Shown: piece after piece, positions 25,323-34,609 of the stretch
Layout of the letters: every line of letters begins with the position of its first letter
How positions within the stretch are numbered: position 1 is the stretch's first letter
Virus record (IMG/VR): IMGVR_UViG_3300045988_055181
Coordinates: 1 to 47,470 of that record
DNA: 47,470 nucleotides
Direction: 5' to 3' (one strand)
DNA from: a virus
Program-made: the position numbers and the translations under genes
The notes under the pieces: generated by a model
The model's input: the letters and a program-made list of their open reading frames with translations, nothing else
Database searches by the model: none
What the model was told of the DNA's origin: nothing

Positions 25323-26369
25323 TTACGACGGCAGGGTTACAGTTGCAATGTACAGGCCGTTCGGGTCGGGCAGAACCGGGATAAACATACCGGATGCCTT
25401 AGTCCAGATTGCAACCGGGTCAGGGGTCTGCCACTGGGTCATGGTGATGTACTGGTTCTGCGATGCAGCAGTAAATGCGCCCTGTGCTTCCTCTTCCGGA
25501 GTTACACCCCACAGACCAGCGCCGAACGAACCGTTTGCCATAGTTGCGAGGAACGCAATCTTGTTCTTCGGGAAGTAGCGCTGAGTAGTCAGCGTGCCAT
25601 CTGCCTTTTCGTAGTTGTAAACCTGATCGTTTACAGTGATTCGCTCAATGCCGAACAGACGGGAGAACAGGCTCGTAATCTCGTCCTGAGTTGCCAGACG
25701 GCCCGCAAAAGCAGAGCCGAAAAGCGCGTTCTGGATAACAGCGCTCTTAGCAAGCAGGCTGAGAACAGCAGAGCTGGTGACGATCTCGCGCAGTACGCGG
25801 CCGGTTGCAATAGCAGCGTCGCGTACGCCCTGAATATCGTCGAGGATGGTCTTTGCCTTTGCCTCGGTAGACCAGTCGAAAGTCTTGTTCGTGTGGTCGG
25901 TCGGAACGCCGAAGTCGATAGTGGTATTGACGTGGTTCTCGTTGATGGTCATCTTGCCGGTTGCAAGAAGCTCCTGCTTTGCAACCTCGGTACGGGTCTT
26001 TACACCCTCGGCCAGACGCGCCATATCGTCAAAGATATAGTCGAGAATCTCGTTGTTGGTGCTTACGCCGTGGTTGCGGAGCAGGCGGACACGCTCAGAA
26101 AGGTTGATCTTGCGCTTGATGAGCAGCTTCTCAACGGTTACGATGCTTGCAGTCGGGCGGGAGCCGATCTGTGCCTCTGCGTCGAGCGCGTGCACGGTTG
26201 CCATGGTCGGCAGGTATGCGCTGTCAGACATTGCGAGGTACTTTGCGGTGATATTCTGGGTCTTCTGGTCGGGGAACAGACGGTCGCCGGACAGCTCCGG
26301 GCGTGCAATTTTGAAATTCTGACCGAAGTCCAGCAGGTCAGCTTCTTTCAGCAGTTCTACAAATTCCAT
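25323..26369 (-). CDS. major capsid protein (lambda gpE-like family)
   Basis: 348 aa. N-terminal ...DLLDFGQNFKIARPELSGDRLFPDQKT... Lies downstream of the scaffold and decoration genes. Confidence 0.75.
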   Translation of the reverse strand: MEFVELLKEADLLDFGQNFKIARPELSGDRLFPDQKTQNITAKYLAMSDSAYLPTMATVHALDAEAQIGSRPTASIVTVEKLLIKRKINLSERVRLLRNHGVSTNNEILDYIFDDMARLAEGVKTRTEVAKQELLATGKMTINENHVNTTIDFGVPTDHTNKTFDWSTEAKAKTILDDIQGVRDAAIATGRVLREIVTSSAVLSLLAKSAVIQNALFGSAFAGRLATQDEITSLFSRLFGIERITVNDQVYNYEKADGTLTTQRYFPKNKIAFLATMANGSFGAGLWGVTPEEEAQGAFTAASQNQYITMTQWQTPDPVAIWTKASGMFIPVLPDPNGLYIATVTLPS

Positions 26370-26383
26370 AGGTTATTACTCCT

Positions 26384-26749
26384 TTACGCTCTGGTGGTTT
26401 CCGGCGCGTTAACAAAAACAACGCCGCTCTTTTCGAGGGTGGACTTTGCGCCAGTCTTGGAGCTATCGTCCGCGCTCGGCTGTGCGGGCAGGCGGTTTGC
26501 ATATACACGGCCAGCAACAATAACAGCAGCTACACGGTCGCCGTTGGTTACGTCCACGTCCTCAAACACAATGCCCTCTGCGGTGTTGTCGTTCAGCGGG
26601 AAGATAGTGCCCTGCTTGACAACCTTTCGATTGCCGTCAGCGGTGCCGAGGGTTGCAGGAATGAGACGGGTCTTGGTAATCAGACCAACTTCGCTTGCGA
26701 GGATAGACGGCTTGCGTGCACCGTCAACTTTGTTTACATAAGTGCCCAT
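26384..26749 (-). CDS. head decoration-type protein (121 aa)
   Basis: Small beta-rich protein immediately upstream of the capsid gene. Confidence 0.45.
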   Translation of the reverse strand: MGTYVNKVDGARKPSILASEVGLITKTRLIPATLGTADGNRKVVKQGTIFPLNDNTAEGIVFEDVDVTNGDRVAAVIVAGRVYANRLPAQPSADDSSKTGAKSTLEKSGVVFVNAPETTRA

Positions 26750-26756
26750 AGGTTAT

Positions 26757-27341
26757 TTACTCCTTTCCTTTGGGTGCGAACTGTGCGGAATACCGCTGTG
26801 CAGCCAGACCAGCAGCACTTACCGTATGCGGTGCGGGATTCTGAATCGGATTTGCAAACGTCGGAGCGGGTTTTTCGCTTTGAAATGCCGCCGGGTCGGA
26901 TTCCTGCTGCTTCTTGCAGTAATCGTCAAAGCCGGTCAGCGTGCCGTCCTTCATTTCCAGTTTGTTTGCGGTCAGGTCAGCGATAAATGCCTTTTCTGCC
27001 GCCTTGGAGGTAAACTTAATGCCCTTTGCAGTGATACCGGCGCGTACTGCGTCCGCATAATCGCGGGCATCGAGCTTGCTCTGGAATTCTGCGGTGTCGG
27101 TGTCGTACTTCTTCTGCAAGGTGTCGAGCTTGGTCTTCAAGTCGTCCGCGTCACCCGCATTCTTCTTCAAGTCCTCAATGTCCTTGTCGCGCTGGGTGAG
27201 CTGGTCGCGCAGGTCGGTAACGTCTTTCTTGGCTTCTACCGCCTGCTGCTTGTACTTCTCAACATCCTTGCCGTTCAGTGCAAAAACCTTGTCTGCCTGT
27301 TCGTCAGTCAGACCGATTTCCAACAGTTCTTCTTTCTTCAT
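26757..27341 (-). CDS. scaffolding protein (194 aa)
   Basis: Charged coiled coil starting MKKEELLEIGLTDEQADKVFALNGKDVEKYKQQ... Confidence 0.7.
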   Translation of the reverse strand: MKKEELLEIGLTDEQADKVFALNGKDVEKYKQQAVEAKKDVTDLRDQLTQRDKDIEDLKKNAGDADDLKTKLDTLQKKYDTDTAEFQSKLDARDYADAVRAGITAKGIKFTSKAAEKAFIADLTANKLEMKDGTLTGFDDYCKKQQESDPAAFQSEKPAPTFANPIQNPAPHTVSAAGLAAQRYSAQFAPKGKE

Positions 27342-27452
27342 GTGTGTACTCCTTTCAGATTAGGCGTTTTAGGTGGTCGCCGTCACCGATCTGCCTGCAC
27401 TTTTAGGCTTGCAGGATAGCCAATTTCCGTAGTTTAATGCCGTTGCGGGCAT

Positions 27453-27474
27453 GAAAAAAGCGCCTTTCGGCGCT
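27453..27474 (-). terminator. intrinsic terminator AGCGCC-GAAA-GGCGCT followed by U6 (minus sense)
   Basis: Direct reading. Lies between the portal-proximal small gene and the scaffold gene. Confidence 0.65.
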
Positions 27475-27528
27475 GGATTCACTTTATCAAAGTGTGCTAT
27501 GCGATTTTCAAAACCGATTATTCGATTT

Positions 27529-27723
27529 TCAAAGTTGTTCGATTTCGTCCCAAGAAACGCAGCCGATTTTGATTTCTACGTCACGTTCGGGCGAAATAAC
27601 CAGCTCATAACGTGCTGTGGGATTTGCTCCCAAAACCGATTCGCAGAATGTCTGTTCGACAGAGATTAAATCGCCTTCATACCCTCTGCACCTTACGCGG
27701 GGTAAAGAATTGTGTTTATCCAT
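27529..27723 (-). CDS. 64-aa hypothetical protein
   Basis: AGGAGGA RBS. Starts MDKHNSLPRVRCRGYEGDLISVEQ... Confidence 0.5.
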   Translation of the reverse strand: MDKHNSLPRVRCRGYEGDLISVEQTFCESVLGANPTARYELVISPERDVEIKIGCVSWDEIEQL

Positions 27724-27745
27724 GTTCCGTCCTCCTGATATCCGG

Positions 27746-29164
27746 TCATTTCTCGTCATCTATTAGCTTTTCAGCACCCGGCATCATTGCTCTTGCTTCT
27801 TCCTCGGTTACGCCGTACTTCTTTGCAATGTACAGCTCGCCTCGAATAAGACCGGCAGAAACGTCATTGCGCATATCCGCAAGTTCTTTCTGCTTGCTCT
27901 CGGTGTCCTGCACAACGCCGTCTCCCCAATCGCACTGCAAGTCCCAATCACCAGCAGGTGCAAGACCGTAAAGCGTGGTGTATACGTCCATGCCGTACAA
28001 CAGGCCGTTCAGAGCGTGTTCAAGTGCCGCCTGCGTATCCCTCACAGTGACGTACATTGTCTGCTTACTGGATACGATCTCGGTTGCGGTTGCGTTTACC
28101 GTCTGCGGGTCAGACAGCGTTCCGAAAGACAAGCCGCAGTTCAGCTCGATCATCTTCAATGTGTCTTGGAAGCCTTTGTATAGCGCATCGTTGCGGAATT
28201 CCGGCGAAAACTCCTGATAGAAGTCTACGTCTTCAAACGGCATCCGGCGGAACATACGGTCACGGAGCAGCGGGTTCGTGTGCGATAGTCCGTGCTCATC
28301 TACAACGCGCTGCGGAATCGCAGAATCACTCATCAGGATACGGCGTTCGCCGCTTTCATATTCCCACATGAGACGTTCCCACTGCTGGTCAGCCTGCCGG
28401 ATGAGGTCAACTGCTGCGCCGCTGTAAAGCGACACACCGAGTGGACTTTCCGGCTCGATGTTGTTTGCAATCGGCACCTTGAAAAAACCGAAAAGCGGGC
28501 GTTCTACGTTCTGAATCGTCGTTTCCGGCGCAATCTGTGCCCAGTCCTCTACAGTATTCAGCGGTACTTCCGAGCCGATACTACCGTTCTTGTCGGAGTT
28601 GTACGCCTTGTTCTTGATGGTGTACACGCCGCTTTTCAGTTCGTGGTACTCCAATTTGGTATAATATCGGTTCTTTTCTCGCTTGGTATCCGCGAATACT
28701 GCTGCTGTGATCTCTCCGTTGCTGTCAACGCTGACCGGGTACGCGCTGCCGACTGTGTTAAAGTCCACAAGCACACGGTTCTCTGATACAAACGGCTTGT
28801 AGAAGAAACCGCCGACCGAGAGACCCTTTTCAACGTCAATTCGCATGTGTGGAATCATACCGCGCAGGCTTTCGTTTAGGAATTCTGCTCGTGCGCCGCC
28901 ATCAACAGTGATGGTGCTTTCAATGGTGGTTGGGCGTGCTACTGCTCGGCAGATAGCCGACGGCAGACCGCAAGACGTAACATTCCGGTTGCCGTGCTGA
29001 CCGAGCCACTCGGCATCGTCCATATACATCCGTCGCCACAGGTCAATGTTTGACTGCATCGTGGAATCATAGACCGCCGTCGCCCCTGTCAGTTCTTCAA
29101 TTTTGTTTGCCGGAATCATTGCTTGCCTCACCGCCTTTATTAACTGCTTCAACCGTTCAAACAT
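27746..29164 (-). CDS. portal protein (SPP1 gp6-like)
   Basis: 472 aa, directly downstream of terL with an overlap. Confidence 0.8.
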   Translation of the reverse strand: MFERLKQLIKAVRQAMIPANKIEELTGATAVYDSTMQSNIDLWRRMYMDDAEWLGQHGNRNVTSCGLPSAICRAVARPTTIESTITVDGGARAEFLNESLRGMIPHMRIDVEKGLSVGGFFYKPFVSENRVLVDFNTVGSAYPVSVDSNGEITAAVFADTKREKNRYYTKLEYHELKSGVYTIKNKAYNSDKNGSIGSEVPLNTVEDWAQIAPETTIQNVERPLFGFFKVPIANNIEPESPLGVSLYSGAAVDLIRQADQQWERLMWEYESGERRILMSDSAIPQRVVDEHGLSHTNPLLRDRMFRRMPFEDVDFYQEFSPEFRNDALYKGFQDTLKMIELNCGLSFGTLSDPQTVNATATEIVSSKQTMYVTVRDTQAALEHALNGLLYGMDVYTTLYGLAPAGDWDLQCDWGDGVVQDTESKQKELADMRNDVSAGLIRGELYIAKKYGVTEEEARAMMPGAEKLIDDEK

Positions 29165-30437
29165 TCACAAGCCCCCTTGCTCTAACCTCTCGGCGCACTA
29201 TCGTCTGGAAGTAATAGCGTGATGTGTCCATATCATGGTCGAATTTCTTGATGACCGCATCTTCGGGGGATTTATCGTCCCACATATACATGCCGAATTC
29301 GTCGATTGCCCCGGTACAGCTTGCATTGTACTGTGCATAACCAGCAGCAAGCAGCGTTCCCATCAGGCGGATACCGTCAAGCACGCTGTTGTCTGCGTCA
29401 CGCACACGGAATTTACCGTGTCTGCGGATTGTTTCCTTGAACGATGCAGCCGAGGGGTCAATAATGATCGCCTCGATATACTGACCACCAACGAACGTTT
29501 CAAGATCGGCGTAGTATTCCTCATCTGTTTTCTGTTTCTTCTCCTTGCGGCTGTCGTGCCGATACGCACGCACGCAAGTTGATTTGCAGGTCATTTCATC
29601 AAACCGCCAAAGCTGGAACACGGTCGGGTTAATCGTGCCGTAGTCACAGGCCACAAACCAGCGATTGCCGGAACCTTCACCATCCGTAACGTGCAGTTCG
29701 GTCGAGAACATAGGATAAACCAGACCCTCTGCAACACGTCGCATACCGAGGATATCACGCTGATACCAGATGCTCTTGCGGTCGTATGTCGCAAGGATTT
29801 CTTTCAAGCGTTCATCCGATACGGAAAGGTTGTCTGCAATGGTGAAATGTCCGTAGTTGAAACCGTAGTTTGGGTTCTCCCGCTGCTTCTCCATATGGAA
29901 GTTGAGCACGTCTGTGTAGTACGGGTGGTTCTCGCCCTTCGGGTTAAGATCGTGATAAATGCCACGGTCGCCGCTCGTCATGGTACGGTCAAAGACTTCC
30001 TGAACAAACTTCGGGTGACACTCGTTCGCCTCAGTAATATACGCAAGGCCGTAGGTGTTGCCCTTGATGTTCTTCTCGTCACCGTCTTTACGGCCGCCGG
30101 AAACGAGCACGATCTTCTCGCCTACCGGAGTTCGCACATAAATGCAATCGCGATTCTGATACTTGCCTACCCGACAGTTTTTCTCGCCAAAGTAGTTAAT
30201 CATGCCGTATCCGTCGCAATCGATGATATTCAGCATCGCCGATGCAGTGGACACGCCCGCAATCAGGTGGAAGCGATTCGGGTGCTTTTCCAATCGAGCG
30301 CAAAACGCCGTTGTTTGCAATACGTTCTTACCGCCACGTTTTCCGCCCTCAGCCACGTTGAACCAGCTATGAAGCGAACGATAGAAGTAATCCACTTGCT
30401 TCTTTGTAAAGGGTGCGGGGATATTATCCATCTTCAA
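29157..30437 (-). CDS. terL: terminase large subunit
   Basis: 426 aa. Walker-A-like segment AEGGKRGGKN. C-terminal nuclease-type region. Position. Confidence 0.85.
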   Translation of the reverse strand: MKMDNIPAPFTKKQVDYFYRSLHSWFNVAEGGKRGGKNVLQTTAFCARLEKHPNRFHLIAGVSTASAMLNIIDCDGYGMINYFGEKNCRVGKYQNRDCIYVRTPVGEKIVLVSGGRKDGDEKNIKGNTYGLAYITEANECHPKFVQEVFDRTMTSGDRGIYHDLNPKGENHPYYTDVLNFHMEKQRENPNYGFNYGHFTIADNLSVSDERLKEILATYDRKSIWYQRDILGMRRVAEGLVYPMFSTELHVTDGEGSGNRWFVACDYGTINPTVFQLWRFDEMTCKSTCVRAYRHDSRKEKKQKTDEEYYADLETFVGGQYIEAIIIDPSAASFKETIRRHGKFRVRDADNSVLDGIRLMGTLLAAGYAQYNASCTGAIDEFGMYMWDDKSPEDAVIKKFDHDMDTSRYYFQTIVRREVRARGLVNV

Positions 30438-30795
30438 AATCCTTTATGTCTCTGTCCGGTGCGGGCTTCATCAGCATATCAACGAGCGGCTGCACGCCGT
30501 TGTCGTTGTCGCTTTCCATCGGTGCAGGGGTATCGCTCTGCCCGAGGTACTGCCTACCTAACCAGATCAGCATTTGTATATTTCCACCTTTAGCCGCCTG
30601 TACCTGCCAATGTCTCAAACGCAAGCGCATCTGTGACACGCCGCGCACATAAGCCGCCCTTACATCCTTGCGATTCAGAAAGTTTCCTCTCGCAAAGTCC
30701 AGAGCGTCCGCAATGTCCGCTTGGGTGTTGCCCTCTGCGGCAAGTTCTTCGACGGCTGCAAGATCAATTACTTTCTTCGGTCTGCCTCTCGGCAT
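30424..30795 (-). CDS. terS: terminase small subunit (HTH)
   Basis: AAAGGAGG RBS. Starts MPRGRPKKVIDLAAVEELAAEGNTQADIADAL... Overlaps terL. Confidence 0.7.
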   Translation of the reverse strand: MPRGRPKKVIDLAAVEELAAEGNTQADIADALDFARGNFLNRKDVRAAYVRGVSQMRLRLRHWQVQAAKGGNIQMLIWLGRQYLGQSDTPAPMESDNDNGVQPLVDMLMKPAPDRDIKDFEDG

Positions 30796-30820
30796 TTCAT
30801 AACCTCCTTTCACCCAATAG

Positions 30821-30846
30821 AAAAGCACCGGGAAAGTCTCGGTGCT
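30821..30846 (-). terminator. intrinsic terminator AGCACCG/CGGTGCT followed by UUUUCUAUU (minus sense), about 25 nt upstream of terS
   Basis: Direct reading. Confidence 0.6.
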
Positions 30847-30868
30847 TTGTCTGTTGAGTTGTGTTTGC

Positions 30869-30994
30869 TTAGGTCGAGGACGAGCGAGCGCCACGAGCGC
30901 CAGCCGCACGACGGCCAACCGCTACGCTACGACGGCGCACACCGCCAGAACGACCACGGTTTGCAAGTCTGCCACTACCATAACCACTACCCAT
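30869..30994 (-). CDS. 41-aa Arg/Gly-rich peptide
   Basis: GGAGGTG RBS. Sequence MGSGYGSGRLANRGRSGGVRRRSVAVGRRAAGARGARSSST. Confidence 0.4.
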   Translation of the reverse strand: MGSGYGSGRLANRGRSGGVRRRSVAVGRRAAGARGARSSST

Positions 30995-31059
30995 GCTTCA
31001 CACCTCCTTTCAAATATACAAAAAGGACTATCTTTCACAGATAATCCTTTCCGTTATAT

Positions 31060-31425
31060 TTATTCACCAATGATTTTGCTCAAATATTCTTTTGAGCCTT
31101 TGCCGATTCTCGCAAACTTCATATCTTCGGTTTTAATCGGACGCTTGACCGCCCGCGCGAATTCCTTGCCTTCGATATACTTTAGATCAGTATCGAATTC
31201 GAGGGATGCAAGAAATTCCTCTTTCTGCGCTCTACTGGTAAAACAGATACAGCACCAGTATTCAGTGTCGCACATATCACGGAATCGCTTGTTCTCAGCG
31301 CCCATGCGCTCACGGAAACTCTTTTCTACGTCTCCCAGTTCATCGAGGCACTCGCTTTCGAGCTGCTCTAATTCAATGTGATCATCTTTTGTTTCCTTAA
31401 CTTCGTCGTCGTTCCAATATCCCAT
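31060..31425 (-). CDS. hypothetical protein (121 aa)
   Basis: TAATG coupling to the upstream gene. Starts MGYWNDDEVKETKDDHIELEQ... Confidence 0.55.
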   Translation of the reverse strand: MGYWNDDEVKETKDDHIELEQLESECLDELGDVEKSFRERMGAENKRFRDMCDTEYWCCICFTSRAQKEEFLASLEFDTDLKYIEGKEFARAVKRPIKTEDMKFARIGKGSKEYLSKIIGE

Positions 31426-32132
31426 TACAGTTCGCCCCTCCTGAATAACTCCAACTCTGCCAGCGGGAACCATGTGATAATCTTCTCATAGTCTCGCGGG
31501 AAATTCTCCTTGATCGGCTTCAAGAACCGATAATCAATACCATCGAACGTTCTGCCGAACAGCTTATAGTCTACCGGCAGCCGAACACCGCTTGCATCAA
31601 ATTCGCGCAGCAGGTCGGCCTTTACCCAGTCGAACACCGGATAGAACCGCTTTGCATTGTGGTTGATCGCTCCATGTGTTTTCATGGCGATACGCCGCAT
31701 TGGGCTGTCTGCCATTCTAACGCCGGTCGCAGTGTATACGCATTCCGGCAGACGCTTGCATTCGCGGATGATCTCGCCAATTTCGGCATCGTCATATTCT
31801 TCGCCCGGCAAATCCAGCGCCTCGATCTTGGTTACATGCTCCGGCGATTGGAAGACCAGATTTCGCAGCAGCCGGTACAGTGATCTGTGCGGCAGTCTGT
31901 AAATGTGAGTGCCGAAAAAATCCTCATAGTATGCGAGGCTGTTTTCGACGAATTCCAGACCCGGCACAGTGTAACAATAATACGGGATTACATGCTTGAA
32001 ATACTTCCTCAACTGCAACCACGCTGCAATGCTGTCCTTACCTGTGGAAAATGCTAAGATCGCGGTATCGCATTCCTCTGCCATAGTACGGCACAGGCTC
32101 TCGCCGCTGCTTGCATCTACTCTATCATACAC
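31425..32132 (-). CDS. PAPS-reductase / ATP-pyrophosphatase family protein
   Basis: PP-loop-like AILAFSTGKDSIAAW. GTG start after an AGGAGGA RBS (TAGTG coupling). Confidence 0.6.
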   Translation of the reverse strand: MYDRVDASSGESLCRTMAEECDTAILAFSTGKDSIAAWLQLRKYFKHVIPYYCYTVPGLEFVENSLAYYEDFFGTHIYRLPHRSLYRLLRNLVFQSPEHVTKIEALDLPGEEYDDAEIGEIIRECKRLPECVYTATGVRMADSPMRRIAMKTHGAINHNAKRFYPVFDWVKADLLREFDASGVRLPVDYKLFGRTFDGIDYRFLKPIKENFPRDYEKIITWFPLAELELFRRGEL

Positions 32133-32332
32133 TACGCTTTGTCCTCCTCTTTGTCTCGCTCCATCTGGCAATCAATCGCACGGGCGATAAAGCCATTCAC
32201 GCTTTCTCTCCGGCCTTCTACATGGGATTTGATTTCTTCTTTCTTGCCTTTCGGCAGGGTCAAATTAACCCGGTCATAAGCCTTGTTGATGTACTTATTT
32301 GTTGCTTTCTGCTGTGCCTTGCTGGATGACAT
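32132..32332 (-). CDS. ribbon-helix-helix (Arc/CopG-like) DNA-binding protein (66 aa)
   Basis: AGGAGGTG RBS. Sequence ...YDRVNLTLPKGKKEEIKSHVEGRRESVNGFIARAI. Confidence 0.5.
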   Translation of the reverse strand: MSSSKAQQKATNKYINKAYDRVNLTLPKGKKEEIKSHVEGRRESVNGFIARAIDCQMERDKEEDKA

Positions 32333-32403
32333 ATAACAGCACCTCCTAACGATAGCTATTATACGCCTCATATATATTTGTGTAAATATACACAATCCAC
32401 AAA

Positions 32404-32456
32404 TATACTTGCGCAAATATAGTTATTTTGCCCATTGCTATACTTGCGCAAATATA
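32404..32456. promoter_or_regulatory. two copies of the near-palindromic operator TATACTTGCGCAAATATA, 35 bp apart, in a divergent control region
   Basis: Copies at 32404-32421 and 32439-32456. A TGTGTA-AATA-TACACA palindrome lies just upstream. Confidence 0.6.
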
Positions 32457-32507
32457 TTATACTATAGTCACAGTAAAGGAAACGAACACCGAAAGGAAGT
32501 AATCAAT

Positions 32508-32738
32508 ATGACCGCAACCGAGAAAATCGCAATCTCCAAAATCGCAAGCCTGACCGATGATCAGCTTTTCGCTACATGGGAAAGCACCGAGAAGTACGAC
32601 AGAGAAAGCCACATGGCACAGGTAATGCTTCGCGGCTGGTGCATGGATGAGATCGAGAAGCGCTACCCGGAAGGCTTCGATGAATGGCTCGATTCTGACG
32701 CACTGGACAGCGAGCTTCGCCACTACTGCATTAAGTAA
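32508..32738 (+). CDS. hypothetical protein (76 aa)
   Basis: GAAAGGAAG RBS. First gene of the plus-strand island. Confidence 0.55.
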   Translation: MTATEKIAISKIASLTDDQLFATWESTEKYDRESHMAQVMLRGWCMDEIEKRYPEGFDEWLDSDALDSELRHYCIK

Positions 32739-32751
32739 GGAGGTAACTACA

Positions 32752-32862
32752 ATGGCCGCAACGCTCAACCCCATGTGCATCAACTGCGCCAAACTCAACA
32801 AAAGCTGTAACGGCACGACAAACCAAGTATGGACTGGCTGTATCTACAAGGAGGTAAAGTAA
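32752..32862 (+). CDS. 36-aa Cys-containing peptide
   Basis: AAGGAGG RBS. Sequence MAATLNPMCINCAKLNKSCNGTTNQVWTGCIYKEVK. Confidence 0.45.
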   Translation: MAATLNPMCINCAKLNKSCNGTTNQVWTGCIYKEVK

Positions 32863-32863
32863 A

Positions 32864-33058
32864 ATGATGAATTTCGAACTGACCCGCGGTGATAGCCTCT
32901 GTGTAACAATGGCGCTGACAACAGTTATCTGTAATCTGATCAGGGAGCAGGAAGACCCGAACACCACCGCCGATCGGCGGGAGGTAGTCGAGGAAAGCAT
33001 TGAGATGTACAAGCGGATACGCGCAGAAATCAGAGATCAGCGCAACGCACAAGAATAA
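32864..33058 (+). CDS. hypothetical protein (64 aa)
   Basis: AAGGAGG RBS. Confidence 0.55.
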   Translation: MMNFELTRGDSLCVTMALTTVICNLIREQEDPNTTADRREVVEESIEMYKRIRAEIRDQRNAQE

Positions 33059-33120
33059 CGGTTCTCGCGGGTTCACCCTTAAAGCCCGCACCCATAAATT
33101 TTAATTTGGAGGTACACACC

Positions 33121-33321
33121 ATGACTTACACCTACGAGATCGAGCGCCGCATCTGCACTGAGTTCTGCAACAAGTACTCATTCGCCCACTGTGAAAGCTG
33201 TCCGCTTTACAAGGCGTGCTGTGGATTTGAGAACGACATGAGCAAGACCACCGAGGAGAACGAAAGACGCTTTGAAGCCGGACTTGTAAACGCCCTCGCC
33301 GCTTACGACGCACAGCACTAG
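33121..33321 (+). CDS. Cys-rich small protein (66 aa)
   Basis: GGAGG RBS. Starts MTYTYEIERRICTEFCNKYSFAHCESCPLYKACCGF... Confidence 0.55.
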   Translation: MTYTYEIERRICTEFCNKYSFAHCESCPLYKACCGFENDMSKTTEENERRFEAGLVNALAAYDAQH

Positions 33322-33375
33322 CGGAACATATCAAAAATACTTTTACGCAAAAGTATTAACTTCCGCATAAAAGTA

Positions 33376-33404
33376 TTGACTTTCGTGTAAAAGTTTGCTA
33401 TAAT
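33376..33404 (+). promoter_or_regulatory. consensus sigma70 promoter TTGACT-17-TATAAT overlapped by AAAAGTATT repeats
   Basis: -35 at 33376-33381, -10 at 33399-33404. The palindrome AATACTTTT-ACGC-AAAAGTATT and two further AAAAGT(A/T)TT copies lie just upstream or overlapping. Confidence 0.65.
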
Positions 33405-33448
33405 AAAAATACAGAAAGAGATAAGACACAAAGCAGGAGGTAATTATT

Positions 33449-34138
33449 ATGTTAGCAACTCTCACTCTGTTCTGCGAGCCAGCCGAACGCCTCGACGAAG
33501 CAAAATCCACGCCGAACTATCCCGTCAAAAAGTATGACGCTTTTGTCGTTACCGAGGACAGCGTGGAATCCGACCGTCAGGTCGGTAGACTTGGTTGGAG
33601 CACCTACGGCGGCTCTATTGCCTTGCGGCGTGTCCTTATCGAGATACCGGAAGGTGTGCATTACGGCCGCTGCAATTTCGGCGGCTATCATAGTACGGGG
33701 ATGGAATACTACGGCGACTACGACGCGCACGACGGCAATCTTTGCTTAGTGCCTGTCACTGTCGGCAAGCCTGCCAGCCTGCGCGAGCACGGCGAAAACC
33801 TCGAAGCCGCATTCGATGCCGCGATTGATTCCGGTATCTTTTTCTCCATCCCGAACGAGGACGGCGGCCGACACACGGAACGCGCCCACATTTACAAGGT
33901 CGGCGAGGTCATGGATAAGGCACACGGCGATAAATGGCCAAAAGGCAAAATCTCCGTTGCAGATATCCGCGAAGCCGCAGGCTTAACCCAGCAGCAGCTT
34001 GCAGACGTGACCGGCATCCAGCTGCAAACCTTGCAGCAGATCGAAGCCGGTAAGATCACCGCCTACGAGGCAGGCGAGAATTACCGCGAGAAGATCGCCG
34101 AAGCGCTGAACTTTTACGACTATCAGAGTATTTTCTAA
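33449..34138 (+). CDS. two-domain protein: unknown N-terminal domain plus C-terminal XRE-type HTH (229 aa)
   Basis: C-terminal ISVADIREAAGLTQQQLADVTGIQLQTLQQIEAGK. Confidence 0.65.
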   Translation: MLATLTLFCEPAERLDEAKSTPNYPVKKYDAFVVTEDSVESDRQVGRLGWSTYGGSIALRRVLIEIPEGVHYGRCNFGGYHSTGMEYYGDYDAHDGNLCLVPVTVGKPASLREHGENLEAAFDAAIDSGIFFSIPNEDGGRHTERAHIYKVGEVMDKAHGDKWPKGKISVADIREAAGLTQQQLADVTGIQLQTLQQIEAGKITAYEAGENYREKIAEALNFYDYQSIF

Positions 34139-34159
34139 TCTCGAAAGGAGCACCCAACA

Positions 34160-34609
34160 ATGAATAAAGTAATCCGCGGCAAGCGCTACAACACAGAGAC
34201 CGCGAAGCTGGTTGGCACGTGGGAAGCCAACGAGCCGGAAAACTCAGACTTCTGGGAAAAGGAAGAACTCTACCAGAAGCGAAGCGGCGAATTCTTCCTG
34301 ATCGGTCAAGGCGGCGCACAAACGCAGTATGCACGTTTTTCTATGAGCGGCGAAAGTAAGCCGGGCATTGAACTCCGTCCGATCGAGCCGGAAGAAGCGT
34401 CTGACTGGGCCGAGGAACATCTCACGGCCGATGAATACGAAGCACTTTTCGGGCCGGTTGCCGAGGATGGCAGCCGCGGCCGCATTACTCTAACACTGCT
34501 CAACTCCACCATTGACACCGTGCGCCGCGAAGCGCAGCGTCGAAAAATGAATTTTAACGAGTACCTCGAGAAGCTGATCGCTCAGCAGATGAAGGAGGAC
34601 CAGAAATGA
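34160..34609 (+). CDS. hypothetical protein with a C-terminal RHH-like segment (149 aa)
   Basis: Starts MNKVIRGKRYNTETAKLVG...GEFFLIGQGGAQTQYA... C-terminal ITLTLLNSTIDTVRREAQRRKMNFNEYLEKLI. Confidence 0.6.
   Translation: MNKVIRGKRYNTETAKLVGTWEANEPENSDFWEKEELYQKRSGEFFLIGQGGAQTQYARFSMSGESKPGIELRPIEPEEASDWAEEHLTADEYEALFGPVAEDGSRGRITLTLLNSTIDTVRREAQRRKMNFNEYLEKLIAQQMKEDQK

Noticed and set aside
24972-26741. 589-aa + strand ORF, and similar long antisense ORFs (8277-9362, 11598-12656, 13840-14760, 29691-30593, 42122-42766)
   Set aside because: They are shadow ORFs opposite well-supported structural or lysis genes in GC-rich DNA. Their composition is Arg/Cys/Val-rich, they have no RBS, and they contradict clear capsid, endolysin and terminase calls.
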